Below are positions 37,260 through 50,656 of a stretch of DNA of 64,000 nucleotides, one piece after another. The notes under the pieces are model-generated. The model did not search any database. It had not been told where the DNA came from and saw only the letters and a list, made by a program, of their open reading frames with translations. The position numbers were made by a program, and so were the translations under genes. Within the stretch, counting starts at the first letter, position 1. Every line of letters begins with the position of its first letter. Source of the DNA: Peribolospora baueri (Eukaryota); assembly GCA_029717555.1 (NCBI GenBank), contig JAMDHS010000018.1, positions 124,001-188,000 on the forward strand, written 5' to 3'.

Positions 37260-39947
37260 CTAATACTTCCACAATCTCCTCTCAACCGTCCTCAGGACGG
37301 CATAAAGCGGAGCACAGAGGAAGAAGGCCGTTTCAAAGCCGATGTCGCCTCCGCCGCCGATGGCCTTGGCAATGGGTCCAACGTACCACACCTGTGTCAT
37401 GCACGGAACGACAAGGCCGCACGAGAGGACGCATGCGCCGACGGCGGCAACGCCTAGCGGCAAACGGCGCCAGTCGTTCCAGGCTGGGATGAAGTAGCGG
37501 TTGAAGTCGCCTCGGCGGAAGAGGAAGTGCTCGATGACGACGACGGAGACGTAAAGAGCGGACCACTGTGCGCGGGGCAAGAGCCGAGGGGGCGAAGAAA
37601 GAGGTCGATCAGCGATTACCTCGACGATCCATCCTGCTCAGCTCGGTATGGGCACAGTGACTCACGTAGGCAAGAAGGCCCGTAAAGTTGGAAAGGGTAT
37701 CGTAGAAAGCCGATGCGCCCACGATCGACAACGGAACGTAGCTGGTTGCCGACACAAGGGTACGAAACAGTGTAAAGAATGATGCCTAGTCAGTCGTATG
37801 AGCCTCGCTAGTGTTCCGGTCAGCCCATACGTATGCACGAACTCACATAGCGGTGGCGATGATGGCGAACAAAAACCTGGGCAAAGATGCCAAGAACGGC
37901 AGAAGCGTCTGGAAACTAAGGCCGAAGCTGTAGATCGTGGGGGTGACGTTCGCGGTGACGCTAAGAGCGAGCAGAACGGTGAGGAACCTTCCGAAGCCGC
38001 CTACTCGCTCGGACATGACCGTCTCGAGGAGGGCGCCAGGGGAGATCTGATATGCCGATTGCCAAGTCGGGAGGGAGGGGGAGGCAGCTGTGAAGGCGAA
38101 TGCCGCTCCGAGCATTTGAATGGGGCACTGTGACGAGGATGAGATTATCATGAAGAGACACATTAGCCGTTGTCCTTGGCGCAGATGAGATGAAGCGGGA
38201 AGCCATGAGAGCAAAGCGCAGGGACGCACAGTGCTGAAGAAAAAGCCAGAAAAGGCCCATACGAACATCTTGAAGCCGGAGGCATTGGGCGTCATGTAGC
38301 TGTTCGCCATAAAATGTTCAGTCAGGAGAACATGGACCCCGGACAGAGGAGATGAGTGCTGGGTGATTCCATGCCAGATGCTGTTCACCGAATACGCACC
38401 AGGAGAAGTCGCTCGCCAGGCTTCCCCAGCTGAGCACGTAACCGGTGACAATAGCTCCAAACGTGAGCACACCGGCAGCGACGGCAGCCGGAGACGAATT
38501 GTAGGAGGATGAGGGCGCGTTGGCGTATTTTTGTAGCTCAGAGCCGCCTATACCGGTCGCGATTATGAAGACTATGAGGACGGGGATGAAGGCGAAGCGC
38601 TCGTAGAGGTGGATAAAGCGAATGCCACAGAAAGAAATCTGAAAGCGGGGGAGAACGTAGTAGTGAGGCAAGTAAAACGATAAACACGGGCGCGCACGGA
38701 AATAAGTGCAAATCTTTGGCGACGATGGTGTCTCCGCCAGCTCACCAGTAGCGACACGGCGGCGATGATGGCGATGCCGACGGCAACGCTCAGGCGGCCG
38801 TCCGAGACGGAGCTGAGCGTCTGGCCCCCTACGATACAGTTGAGGATGGTGAAGCCCATCATAGTGCATACGTTGAAGAGGGAGGGAAGCATCACGCCGA
38901 AGTAGCTGGACCAACGGGACAAGGTGGGACGCCAAGACAGTTGTGGAGAGCTGTCGAAAGTGAGGACACGGCACGCATATGCTCTCACTTACCCAAACGA
39001 ATAGCGAGAAGAGACCATCTGTCGAAGGCCGAGCTTGGGACCGAAAGTGCATCTGTCGTGACCATGGAGAAGATATGAATAGAGAAGCGCTCCTCCGCCT
39101 CATGTAGAATATAACTCACAAATAAGCAGGTGGCACGCATCCGACAATGTTAAATCCTACAATGGTGAGCAGCGCATCTCGGAGGCACAGGCCAAACATC
39201 GGGGCCAGGGCGCCATTTGAGAAGGTTAGGACTGCATCACATGGAGGAGCAAGGAAGATCAGAGTCAGATGAGCTTGAAAACCGTGATTTTGGGTGCCTC
39301 GTAGACGGGGAGACATGATGTTCTCGGACACGTCACGAAGACGGTCGGCAGTGGCTAGCAGGTCACGCACGTAGATGAAAAGAACAAACGGAAAGCGTAA
39401 ACTCACTGTTACAATCACAGCTAAACCAGAGCAATCCCATGCTGAAGTAGTCTGTGTCCACCCTTTGCGCTTCGGGTACCGGGACGAGAGCCCGGGACTG
39501 AGGTGATGGACGGTGAGGACAGCGAGGAGCGGACGGCAATGGAATGTGCTTAAGTCTACTCCCCAACGCCGCTGGTCTTCGACGGCCATCCCTATAACGC
39601 ATACTACCGGGACGCCGTTTCTTACTCCTCATCTCACTTCATCTTCCGTCACTCACCTCCACCCTATACCCCCATAACCACTCGCTCAGCGCGTAAAGCC
39701 ATCCCAATCCCCTCACGCGGGCAAAGAAACCTTGCTTTTCAAGGCCCATTGCCCCTTTCGGATCGGGGGTGGAAGAGAGCGATCCGACATCGTCCAGGAA
39801 GGATTTTCGGGGGTGAGGAAGTGAAATGGGGGCGCCTTGTGCTGCGTCCTGTGCGGAGGGTTCTGAACGCAGATTCTTCTCGACGTCGTCCTCCGCCCCG
39901 CCGGGCGCGAAGATCGGGGAAGCGCAAGTGGGAGCGGTGTCGGCCAT
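37260..39947 (-). CDS. NCS1-family purine-cytosine permease (FCY2/TPN1-like), multi-exon
   Basis: GLLWFS, FGPKLGLRQMVSSRYSFG, CTMMGFTILNCIVGGQ, ASDF, N.TPTIYSFGLSFQ, EHFLFR, PCM.QVWYVGPIA..GDIGFE, LR.VERR. Confidence 0.9.
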
Positions 39948-42180
39948 GGACGAGTGGTGAGGCAAGGCGAGAGGAGATGTGGAGAAGGGTGAATGAGTGA
40001 GGAGGGGCGGAGGGCAGCTCCGCCGGAGGGCGACAGCCGTGAACCTGAAAGAAGAAGGGGATCAGGAATGGAATCAGATCGGTCGGACGAGCGCACGAAA
40101 GTGGCTGTAGATACAGTAGTTGCCGTTAACCTACGATTCTTTGGAATCTGCCTGTTTCAGTATCTATTTCCGGCTGGGGATTTTGCCGCCCTGCAGCCCC
40201 CAAGACCACGTCGAGTCCGATTCGTCCTGCAGACCGTCGACGGATCGCTGGGCGAGGGAGATAAGGGTGAAGGAAAGACCAGAAAAAGGTGCTCGAAGAA
40301 GATAAACGGCCAGCGAGGAAAAGAGGTGAGGTGTTCCGGCAAACGAGTCGAATCGTGTCCTGTGCGAAGCGGAAGAAAGAGCCGAGCTCAGGCACCGGTC
40401 GTGCGACCTAGCACAGATCAGCTGCAGAATACTGTCAACGGATATGTGCGGAGCTAGGCGCGATCAGAGTCCCGAAGGATGGGGATAGTCGCAGGGAATG
40501 GAGAACGGAAAGCGTGCGACGGGTCTTCCCCCAGTCTGCATCGTCGAGCGAAGAAAGGATCGTTTCTTTCTTGTTTTTTTTCTTGCTGCTTTATCTTCCC
40601 TCTCCATTGAAGACCGTTTCTTTTTGTTGAAGACCCTTTTCTTCTTGTTTTTCATCTCGCTAATCTCCCTCCACTTATTTTCCGACGATCCGGAGTTCGA
40701 GAAGGAGCCGTACGGCGCCCCGAAACGGCGCTCAATGTTGTCCTCTTTGGATCTCGGCGATCGTTCATCCCCACTCGCAAAGTGATCTATACCAACCTCC
40801 ATCGGGGCTCGTCGACCGAGCACATGATCAAGAAAGGTAGGGGAGTGACCTCGGATCATGATCATCGGCGATGGGGAATTAAGCAGCCGGCCGTCATCGC
40901 AGCTCATCTCCTCCCTCCTCCTCCTCCTCCTCCTCCTCCTCCTCTTCCACCGACCACCTCGTCCCCAGATCCATACAGCAGGCTACATCGTCGACGGAAA
41001 GATCGCCAATGACGCGGCGGCCCCTCCGCACGCTAGGGACAAGGCGGGTCGGTGTCGAAGTGGATCGTCTCGAAGTGGTGCGGTGATGTGTGCTTTGCTG
41101 TGCTGCGCCCGGCAAGCGCTCTCCCTTGACCGGGAGCCTCAGGGAGAGCTGGGTGGGATCAAAGTTGCCTCTCGGCGAGTAGGTGTACGGACGCGGACGA
41201 CGGAAGGCGCGACGAGGGCTGCGCCTCGGACGACGTGACAAGTACGAGTACGAGTACGTTCGGACTTTGGCAGGCGGACGAAGATGTAATACGTGATAAC
41301 CATACCCCCGCGAGACTGAACGGCGACGCGATTCACGATTCACCTGCTGCGCTGCACGCAAGCCATGTGACGTGTGGAGAGACAGCGAGCGCCCGAGCGG
41401 CGCCTAGGCCGTCGACCGCTCGCGGCCCCGCGCTATGCCATTCCATCTATGCGCCTATCCTGTCCGCAACGTCCGTCGTTTGCGAGCGAGATGGGCGGCG
41501 GTGGGAAGGGAGGGAGCAAGGGACGTGCGAAGGAGGCGGACGAGGTGGCCGGATCGACGGCCGATCATGGCGACGGCGAGCGGCGTTGTATCCTGCCGCA
41601 GCCGCTGGCGTTAGCGGTTTGTAACGACCGGTTTGTATTCCGCCCTCTTTCTTTCTTTCTTTCTTTTTCTTTTTTCCCGCGCCTGCCCTGCCCGCCTTCC
41701 GCCGCCGCCGCTTCAGTCTGTCTCTCCGCTCCGCCCGCCTGTCTCTGTCTGTCCGGCCGTACCTCGACCTCGACCTCGACGACGGACAGTCAGTGAGTCG
41801 CTCGCTCGCCGGCTCGCCCTTGGCCTCCTTCCACCATCGCCATACTTTCCACCCTTTCCTCTTTCTTGCCTTCCTTCTTGCCTCCTTCCTCCCTGTATCC
41901 CACCGCTCCTTCTTCTCTTCCTCCTCTCGCATCCCATCTCTCGCTCTCTCACTCACTCTCTCCCCTCTCGCGCCTGCGAGAAGTCCCGTCCCACCCCGCC
42001 AACAACCCTCCCTTCGGCCCTCTTCCCTTCGTCTACCGCCGCCGCGAGCCTTTGTCGTGCGCTCGTTCGCCCGCTGCATGCCGCTTGCTTCACCCTCAAC
42101 GCCCGTCCATCCCCTCAGCGCCCAGTAGTCGGCCTGCCTTCGCCCCCTTTTCTCCGCCTTAAACCCCCACCCCCCTCCCC

Positions 42181-45100
42181 ATGGCATACCCCGCAACCAT
42201 GTCCGCCTCCGCCGCCTCGGCCTCCGGCGCCGGGCCAAACGGCGTCCAGCGCCGGCTCACCACGGCCAGCGTCGCTGGCAATCGCAACACGAACAGGTAC
42301 TCGGTCACCGCGCTATATAGCATGGCCGCCGAGCAAGACGTGGAGGTGGAGGACGATTTGGCTAGAGGTGAGTGACGCCGGCGAGCGTGCGGACCTGTTC
42401 TTCTCTCTATCTCTCCTTCTCGGTCTGTCTGTCTCTCTGTCTGTCTCTCTCTGTGTGTGTGCGTGTGTGCGTGTGTGCGTGTGTGCGTGTGTGCGTTTGT
42501 GTGTGTGTCTCCATTCCTGTCTCTCTTCTCACTTCCTCTTCCCTTTTCCTCCCCTCGCATTTAGCGCAAAGACGCCTTCGCGAGCTCAAAGGCCGCATCT
42601 CGGCTCAATCCAAGAAAAACTTTGTCCTTGAGCGCGACGTCCGCTATCTGGACGGCCGTATCGCCTTGCTCATCGCCAACAGGATGGCCGCCGAAGAGGT
42701 GTGTGACGTGACGTGACGTGACGACGGGTTATGAACCGCGGCTTAGGTAGGTCCTCCGCTCACCCCTCCCCTTCTCCGGCCCGTCTTCCGTGCAGCAATC
42801 CGAAGTGGCCAGTCACTTGGAAGAGACCGATCCAATGTCCGGAACCATGCTCGACGATAGAAGGACGCAGGTACATCCTCTCTCTCCTCCTTCCGCTTTC
42901 CTCCCCCTCCCACTCACACTCTCTCTCTTTTTGTACCCACCCTCTCAGCAATACTCTAATCTCTTTTTCCTCCTTCAATCCGAGCCTCGACACGTCGCCG
43001 CTCTTTGTCGCCTCGTCAGCCTGACCGAGATCGACACCCTCCTCCAGACCGTCATGTTCACCCTCTACGGAAATCAGTACGAGAGCAGAGAGGAGCATCT
43101 TCTGCTCACCATGTTCCAGGTCAGTCCCCACGCCGCCATCGCTGCCGTCGCCTGCCGGTCGCCCCTCTTGGATGATCGTGATCTCTCGCTCATCGTCCCT
43201 TCCCCCCTCCAGTCCGTCCTCTCCGCCCAGTTCGAGACGGCCACCGAGTTCGGCTCGTTGCTCCGTGCCAACACGCCCGTGTCGCGTATGATGACCACCT
43301 ACACCCGCCGCGGTCCCGGTCAGAGCTACCTCAAGAACGTGCTCGCCGAGCGGATTAACAGCCTCATCGAGCACAAGGATCTCAACCTGGAGATCAACCC
43401 GTTGAAGGTGCGCTTTGGCCATCGACGCTTCGTCGCCGCTCGCTCCACTGACGTTCAACCTACCCCTCCTTTTCGACCGTACAGGTCTATGAGCAAATGA
43501 TCCAGCAGATCGAGGAGGATACCGGCTCGATCCCGCCGGACCTGCCTCGCGGCGTGGCCCCAGAGATGGCTGCGGAGAACGCAGACGTGCAGGCGATCAT
43601 CGCCCCGCGGCTGACGATGCTCATGGAGATCGCCAACTCGTTCCTGCTCACCATCATCAACTCGATCGATGAGGTGCCGTACGGCATTCGATGGATCTGC
43701 AAGCAGATCCGTAGCCTCACAAAGGTGAGCGACCAAGGCGACCCGCCGGTGCCCATGCGGAAAGGCCATCCGTAGCTAAGCTTCCATCCTTCTTCCTTCC
43801 CCCACGTTTCGTTCAACCTCGCCCTTCTTCCTTCCGCCACGTTCGTTCAACCCTCGCCCTTCTACCCTTCCCAGCGCAAATACCCGGACGCCACCGACTA
43901 TGCCATCTGCTCCCTCATCGGCGGATTCTTCTTCCTTCGTTTCATCAACCCGGCCGTCGTCACCCCGCAGGCGTACATGCTCGTCGATGCGCCCCCCTCT
44001 AAACACCCCCGGCGGACGTTAACCTTGATCGCCAAAATGCTCCAAAACCTGGCCAACAAGCCGTCGTACGCCAAGGAGCAGTACATGATGTCCCTCAATC
44101 CCTTCGTCGAGGCCAACAAGACGCGCATCAACCAGTTTTTGAACCAACTCTGCGAAGTCGGCGACTTTTACGAGACGCTGGAGGTGGGTTCGCTTCGATT
44201 TGGCGCTGTCCTCGTGGGGATGTCGTTGTTTGTCGCCTCGTCGCTGATCGTCTGCTTTTCGCGGCGCCGCACAGATGGATCAATACATGGCCCTCTCGAA
44301 AAAGGACTTGCGCATCTCCATCACTCACAACGAGCTGTATAACACCCACGCTCTCTTGCTTCAGCACATCGACACTCTGGTAAGAAGCCGCGAGTCTTCT
44401 TCATCTATTCACCCGGGTCATGCCCGTCGGCCACGAGTTCGCTCGACTGACACTCCCTCTCCCCCGCTCCACTCGATAGGCCCCGAACGATAAGCAACAC
44501 CTGCGCATCTTGCTTGACGAGCTCGGTGCCGCGCCCGCACAGGTGCCGCGAAAAGAGAACCAGACGATCGAATTGCCGCTGTACAGTCGATGGGAAACGC
44601 CGATTCAGGACCTGACGACAGCCCTGATGAGCGAGAACAACGTGACTCAGAGGTGGGTGATCAGGGCACGGACGGCGGCAGGAAGCTGGCGTGGCGGCTC
44701 AACCCCCCTCCGTTCCCATCTTCTGGTTCCACAGCGACATCCTCTACATGGAGACCAAGTCCATCTTCGTCCAGCTCATCCGTTCCATGCCTCAGTACGC
44801 CGAGAAGCGACCGATCAACCTGCCAGCGATCGCGGAGAAGGCGGCGACGACCAAGGACGCGACGCTGGTGCGCAAGGGGATCAAGGTCAAGGAGATGCTG
44901 CGCGAGCTCGAAGAGCTCAAGGTGGTCGACCGGAGGGACGGATACAAGCTCATGACCGACGAGGTCGCCGGCGAGCTTGTGCATCTCGGCAACATGCGGG
45001 AGAAGGTGATGGATGAGTCGCGGAGCCTGGAGGAGGTGTACAAGACCATCTGCGATCACAACAACTACCTCCGGAGCCAGCTCGAGACGTACAAGAGCTA

Positions 45101-45620
45101 CCTCCAGAACGTGCGCATGACGACCGGCGGCGTAAAGGACAAGGGCCACGCCGGCGTGGGCGTCGTGACGGTGGGAGGAAAGGAGAAGAAGCCGATGAAG
45201 TCGCAGGTGCTGGGGCCGTATCGGTTCACCCACGCCCAGATGGAGAAGGACGGCATCATCGTCGAGTCGAGCGTGCCGGAGAATCGGTGAGTAGTGCAAA
45301 GTGACCGTTGAAGGGCGATGGACGCCGGGGCGCGTCGGGATGGCCGCTGATTCACACATCGTCGACCCACGCGCGCGCGACCCGGGTGCAGACGAGCGAA
45401 CATTTTCTTCAATATCACCTCACCCTCGCCGGGCACGTTTATCATCGCACTCCACTACAAGGGGCGAGAAAAGGCGATTTTGGAGATGGATCTCAAGCTG
45501 GACGACCTGCTGGAGAAGCAAAAGGACGGAGTGAACCTGCTCGACCTGGAATACGTCCAGCTCAATGTCCAAAAGGTACTCGGCCTGCTCAACAAGACGT
45601 TTGCCAAGCGCAAGGTCTGA
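42181..45620 (+). CDS. Ras GTPase-activating protein (fungal Gap1/GapA type: RasGAP plus RasGAP_C), multi-exon
   Basis: [82 protein letters not shown] at 45618-45620. Confidence 0.95.
42452..42508 (+). repeat. (GT)n/(GCGTGTGT)n microsatellite in RasGAP intron 1
   Basis: Direct inspection. Confidence 0.9.
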
Positions 45621-46737
45621 GCGGGCGCGGGATGCCGCGGGGGGGGCGAAAAAGCGGGAAGCAGGCTTTCCCGACCCCGCCCTCGCGTGCTCGGTTCGTC
45701 TTCCTGTTCGTCTTTCCATCTTCCTTCGTCTTCTTCGTATACCACCGGCTTTCTCTGTCGTCCTCTTTGTCTGCCGCCCCGGGACCACCTTTCCATGCTC
45801 TTTTCTCTTCCTCCACTGGCCGCCGTCGTCTCGTTGGGCATATCGTCCGGTCGGTCTGGTATTCGTCTTGCTCTCTCTACGTCTTTTCTGTCCCTATTTG
45901 TTTCTCCTCTCGTCTCCACTCGCCTCTCTCGTCTCCTCTCGCTTCCTCTCGTCTCCTTTTTCTTTGTCCTCCCATCTCTCTCCCGTCCTCTTTCTCAGCA
46001 ACACCACCGGTCGGACGGCGCTGTGGTGGTGTGTGAAGCGTTCTCGCTCGCTCGCTTTTCCGACCCGCCCGCGACGTCTCTTGCTGCTCGAATGGGTTTT
46101 TCGATCCCTCCTTCCCCCGGGCTTTCGACGGATGAGGCGAGGCCTCCCTCCGCGTACTTTTATTTTTGTCGTGTTGACGTTTACGCGTGCGGGGATATGG
46201 AACGCTTTTCAACATGCAACATGGCCTGACGTGGCGTGAGCATGGTGATCGTGGGCTGTGAGAGACGTCGGGCGGGGATCGCAGCGTCGGTCATCTCTAT
46301 CCATCCATCCATCCATCCATCTGCCTCGAGGGGACTACGTGAGCGACCAGCGCTGCTACTCTATCTCGATCCTCCCTTTCCTTCTGTCTGTCTGTCTTGC
46401 TTCCTTATCTCGGCGACGCGGCGACGTCGAAGACCCCATGTGACGGAGAACCCCTTCCCCCTCGCGGAAATGGAAGGCATCGACCGTTTCGCGTTTCTGC
46501 GGCTGACGACACACTTCGGGCACGTTCGGCCGATCGACGTGGGGGACCTTCTTTTTGATCGGTTCGGACCTCGTCGAGAGAATATTCGTGGTAAGCGACG
46601 TGGCCGACGTCGGCGTCGGCGGCGGCGGCGTCGGCGGTGAGGGAGCATTCATTCGGATGGAGGGTGCGGCGCTCCTCCTCCTCCGCCTCACTCGCTCGTT
46701 CGCCTCGTCTTTGTCCGTACAATCCTACCCGACCCTC

Positions 46738-48411
46738 ATGACGGTAAGCCGAAGTCGACCACCAGAGGCACCGGCAACGACTACTGCGCACGACCCTCCG
46801 TCGTCGGCCTTCTTCGGCACGAAAACGGCGACGGTGAAGGAGGCCGACGAGGACGGGGGCCGGGCGACGAAGAGGAAGGAGAAAACGTGAAGGACGGGGA
46901 AAGGGAGAACTATGAGACGGGTAGGGATGCACGAGAGCTGCAGGGCCGGTTGGGAGACGTGGAGGAATGGAAATTCAAGCGAAGGTGGTGAGCATACGAA
47001 GACGGTAGAGACGCTCCTCCGCTTTCTCTGGTCGGGCCAGCACTTAATCGCTGGACACGACCCCCTTCCCCTCACCCATCTCCTCCCTCCCTCGTCCGCC
47101 GTGTCCTTCATTCCCCAGGTACCAAGTCTGGCTGCCCTAGAGTCCGCCGCCGCCGCTGCCGCCGCCCGAGCTCTTCTCCTCGGCCGAGACGTTCCCGGTG
47201 GCCAAGGCGAGCCTCTTCAGCATCCTCACCTACGCCTGGGTGACGCCGATCATGGTCCGCGGCTTTTCGCACCCTCTCAGCGCCACGAACCTGTGGAAGA
47301 TGGACTCGGCGAGGTAGACGGGCTACCTCTGCCGGCGCTTGATCGACGCCTGGGAGAAGGGGTGCGAGGACGCGCGGGCGTGGAACGACAGGGTGCGCGA
47401 GGAAGAGAGCCGTCTGGGCGCTCAAAGCCGCCGCCATGGCCCGGCGCGTTCGGTCCCGACCTGCGGGCGCGGAGACGGAGCACACCGATTGGCGTGCGAT
47501 GTACGAGAACTTGGCGGCTCGGTGGAGTGAGACGACCGAGAAGGAGGGAGGCGGCCTGCGGTCTCCTAGCCTCGCCTTGAGCCTTAACGACGTGTTGGGG
47601 AGGCGCTTCTGGATCGGCGGCTTCTTCAAGGTCCGTCCGTCCCTCCTCTCGGCTCCGTGTCGTCGTTCACCGCGCTCACCCATCCCATCCTACTTCCCTC
47701 TCTGTCTCGTGCCACAGGTCGCCGGAGACACGGCGCAGCTTTGCGGTCCGCTGGTATCGAAACAGATCATAAAGTTCGCCGGACGAGTCTACGCCGCCAA
47801 GCAAGCCGGACAGCCGGCCCCGGACGTGGCCGAGGAGTCGCCATGGGGATAGGCCTCTTCCTTTTGACCGTCACGGCGAGCGTCTGCCAGCACCAGTTCT
47901 TCTGGCGCTCCATGACCACCGGCGTCCTCGCCCGCGCCTCATTCATCGGCGCGATCTACGAACGCGCCATGCGCCTCTCGCCCCGCGCTCGTGCCTCGCA
48001 CACCAATTCCAGGCTCGTCAATTTCATTTCCACGGACGTCTCACGTATCATTTTTGTGCGCAATGGTGAGACTCGACTTGCTTCCCGCCGTCCGCCTTCC
48101 GGCGCTCTGTTCCTCTCGTCGGTACCGTCGTTTTTTGCGTTATTTAATTCTGCCTTTTCTTTCAACTTTTCCCCTCACTCCAGGCTCCTCGTAATCTACA
48201 CCGCGCCGATCCAGCTCTCGGTTTGCCTCATCATTCTCCTCGTCCAGATTGGACCATCAGCGCTGGCTGGTTTTGCCCTCTTCCTCGTCATCGTCCTCAT
48301 GCAGACACAGATCATGAAGTGTTCCGTATACGAAGGACGAGCATGGTTTGGACGGACCGGGCGAAGCTGACACAAGAGCTTCTTCGGGGCTATGAGGGTC
48401 ATCAAAACCTT
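46738..48411 (+). pseudogene. YOR1-like ABCC (MRP) transporter, 5' part only, disrupted
   Basis: ASLFSILTYAWVTPIM.RG..PL.ATNLWKM, FWIGGFFK/V.GD.AQL..PL, CQHQFFWRSM.TGVL.R, STDVSRI, TAPIQ..IGPSALAG. In-frame TAG at 47315-47317, frameshift near 47828, truncated by a retroelement. Confidence 0.88.
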
Positions 48412-50656
48412 TGTAATCGTCGTAAGAACTTAGCGCTCGCAGTGATGCTTCGGGCGAACTCGGCGGAAAGGGTGAGCATAGGCCGAGGTCACGCAAGACA
48501 TTCGTTGTGCAGTGGTGCTACACAACCTCTTGAAGGAAGGTGACGCCGACTTGCGCAGGAAGCGATTTCGGTCGATCCACTGGACCGCCCAGTGTGAGAG
48601 CGCCTTTCAGGACCTCAAGGCCGCACTCACTGCGGCGCTAGTCCTCGCTCTGCCTGACCTCGAGCGACCGTTCACCATCGAGACTGACGCCTCGGACCTC
48701 GCAATTGGCATGGCGCTCTTGCAGGAGTCACTCGCCGACCACAAGCTTCACCCAGTGGCCTGTGATGGCCGCAAATTAACCGCAGCCGAGCTCAACTATC
48801 CGGTCCATGAGAAGGAGTTGCTCGCTGTTAAGCATGCCCTACGGGTGTGGCGCCCATACGTCGACAACGGCTGCACCGTCACCATCCTCACCGACCACGA
48901 GAGCCTCAAATACTTGAAGTCCGTTCAGGCGCCATCCAAGCGCCTTGCGAGGTGGATAGATGAGTTCGCGGAGTACGACCTCGACATTCACTACTGGCGC
49001 GGGCACGACAATGTGGTGTCCGTTGCCATCAGTCGCCGCCCTGACTTCTTTCTAGCGATGCAGGCAACCGACTCTTTCGAGAGGTTCATCGCTACGCTAA
49101 CGGCCTACCTCACGACGGGCCAGCTCCCAGGCAAGAGCGACTCAGGCGATCAGGAACTGCGCGACGCCGCTGGTCACTATGCCATGAACGAGGTGGGAGT
49201 CCTATGCCGGAAAATCGACGACGGTGGGCTCGCGCCATACGTACCCCCGCTTTTCCGACGCGCCTTTGTCGAGAGGATGCATTCGGCTTACGGGCATCTC
49301 GGGCACCCCGGCCTTGGCGGCGAAGCGACCAGGAGCGCGAGCGGCACCAGGTCATGGCCAAGGCAGCCATTGCTCCCTTTGAGCGATGGGGCATTGATGT
49401 GGTGGGACACCTCCCCACTGGGGTCAGTGGCAACGAGTACATCATCACTGCCATTGACTATGCGACGGGATGGGTCATTGCGAAAGCGACGAAGTCCGTT
49501 AAGGCACGCGACATTGCCGACTTCCTGCATGACAAAATCGTCATGCAATTCGGCGCCCCAAGCGAGTTTGTCTCTGACCAGGCGAGAACTTCTTGGCGCC
49601 AGCTGTCGAGGCGTACATGAAGCGCCTCGAAGCAACTCATCATGCCGCGAGCGCATACCACCCGCGCACTAATGGCAAGGTGGACAGCTTTAATGGCACG
49701 TTCGGTCGCATGCTCACCAAGTAAAACCACGGGCCAGCCGTCAAGCTTTGGGACCAGTTGATCAAGCGGTCTTCGCCTGCCGTGTACGTGCACGCCACCA
49801 TGCGGTATTCGCCCTTTCACCTCGTCTACGGGTTTAAGCCTCGGTTGCCCTCGACGCTCCCGGCGCCAACCTCGGGGACGCTGACTTAGACAAGCGTCTC
49901 AAACGAGTTCACACCGACCGGCGCCTTGCCACGCGCAGCGCTCGCGGCAGCACAAACGCGGGATGAAGTTGTCCGAGAGCACACTCTGAATGTTGGCGAC
50001 ATGGTGATGGTTCGGAACGAAGCCCCGCAAAAGCTGGAATCTCTGTGGTTTGGGTTATACCGCATTACCAAGCGGCACCGCTGGGCACATATGCCCTAGT
50101 TGACCCAACCAATCGCCCCTTGCGGTTCCTCGTTCATGGAAACCGCCTCAAGCCATCTCGCGGCGCGAACGGTGCCGCCGACTTGTGGACCTCCCCCGCA
50201 AACAGAACCGGCTTGGGCCGAGCAGGGATGCGGCTTGCAACTCACGCCGACTCTCAGTCTGTCGATGCGGCGACGCTCCGGGAGGCGACCCGAGACCCGG
50301 CCCAGGACATCCTCGGAAAGCGCGCATCCGCAGGCCGCCCAGAAGCGCAGGCAGACGTGGCAAAACAAACGTCAGGCGGCCGCCGCCCACGCCGCGGCGA
50401 CGAGGACCTCGCTCCCAGACGCTGGGTCGCCTCTAGATGGAGGAGGAGGAGGCGCTACCGGAGCGAAGAACCCTTCGGCTCGACCTCGCATCCGCCTGCG
50501 CCCACACTCCTTGCTGTTTCGACCCATTTTCGCTTCTACTCCGTCGCGCGTCTTGCGCCTCACGCTCCCTACCGACTTCCGACATAGCGCTCGAATGGGC
50601 CTCATGACCCCAACGACTTACGAACAGTCACGAATCACGACGGATAGTCAGTAACA
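48412..50656 (+). mobile_element. Ty3/gypsy remnant: RT connection/RNase H plus degenerate integrase and tail
   Basis: WT..C..AF..LK.AL..ALVL.LPD..RPF.IETDASD.AIG, NYPVHEKELLA, TDHESL, RLARW; integrase H...GH, PFERWGIDVVG.LP, AIDYATGW, FGAP..VSD, YHPRTNG.V, with frameshifts and stops. The ends (TGTAA.. / ..TAACA) are tentative. Confidence 0.9.
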
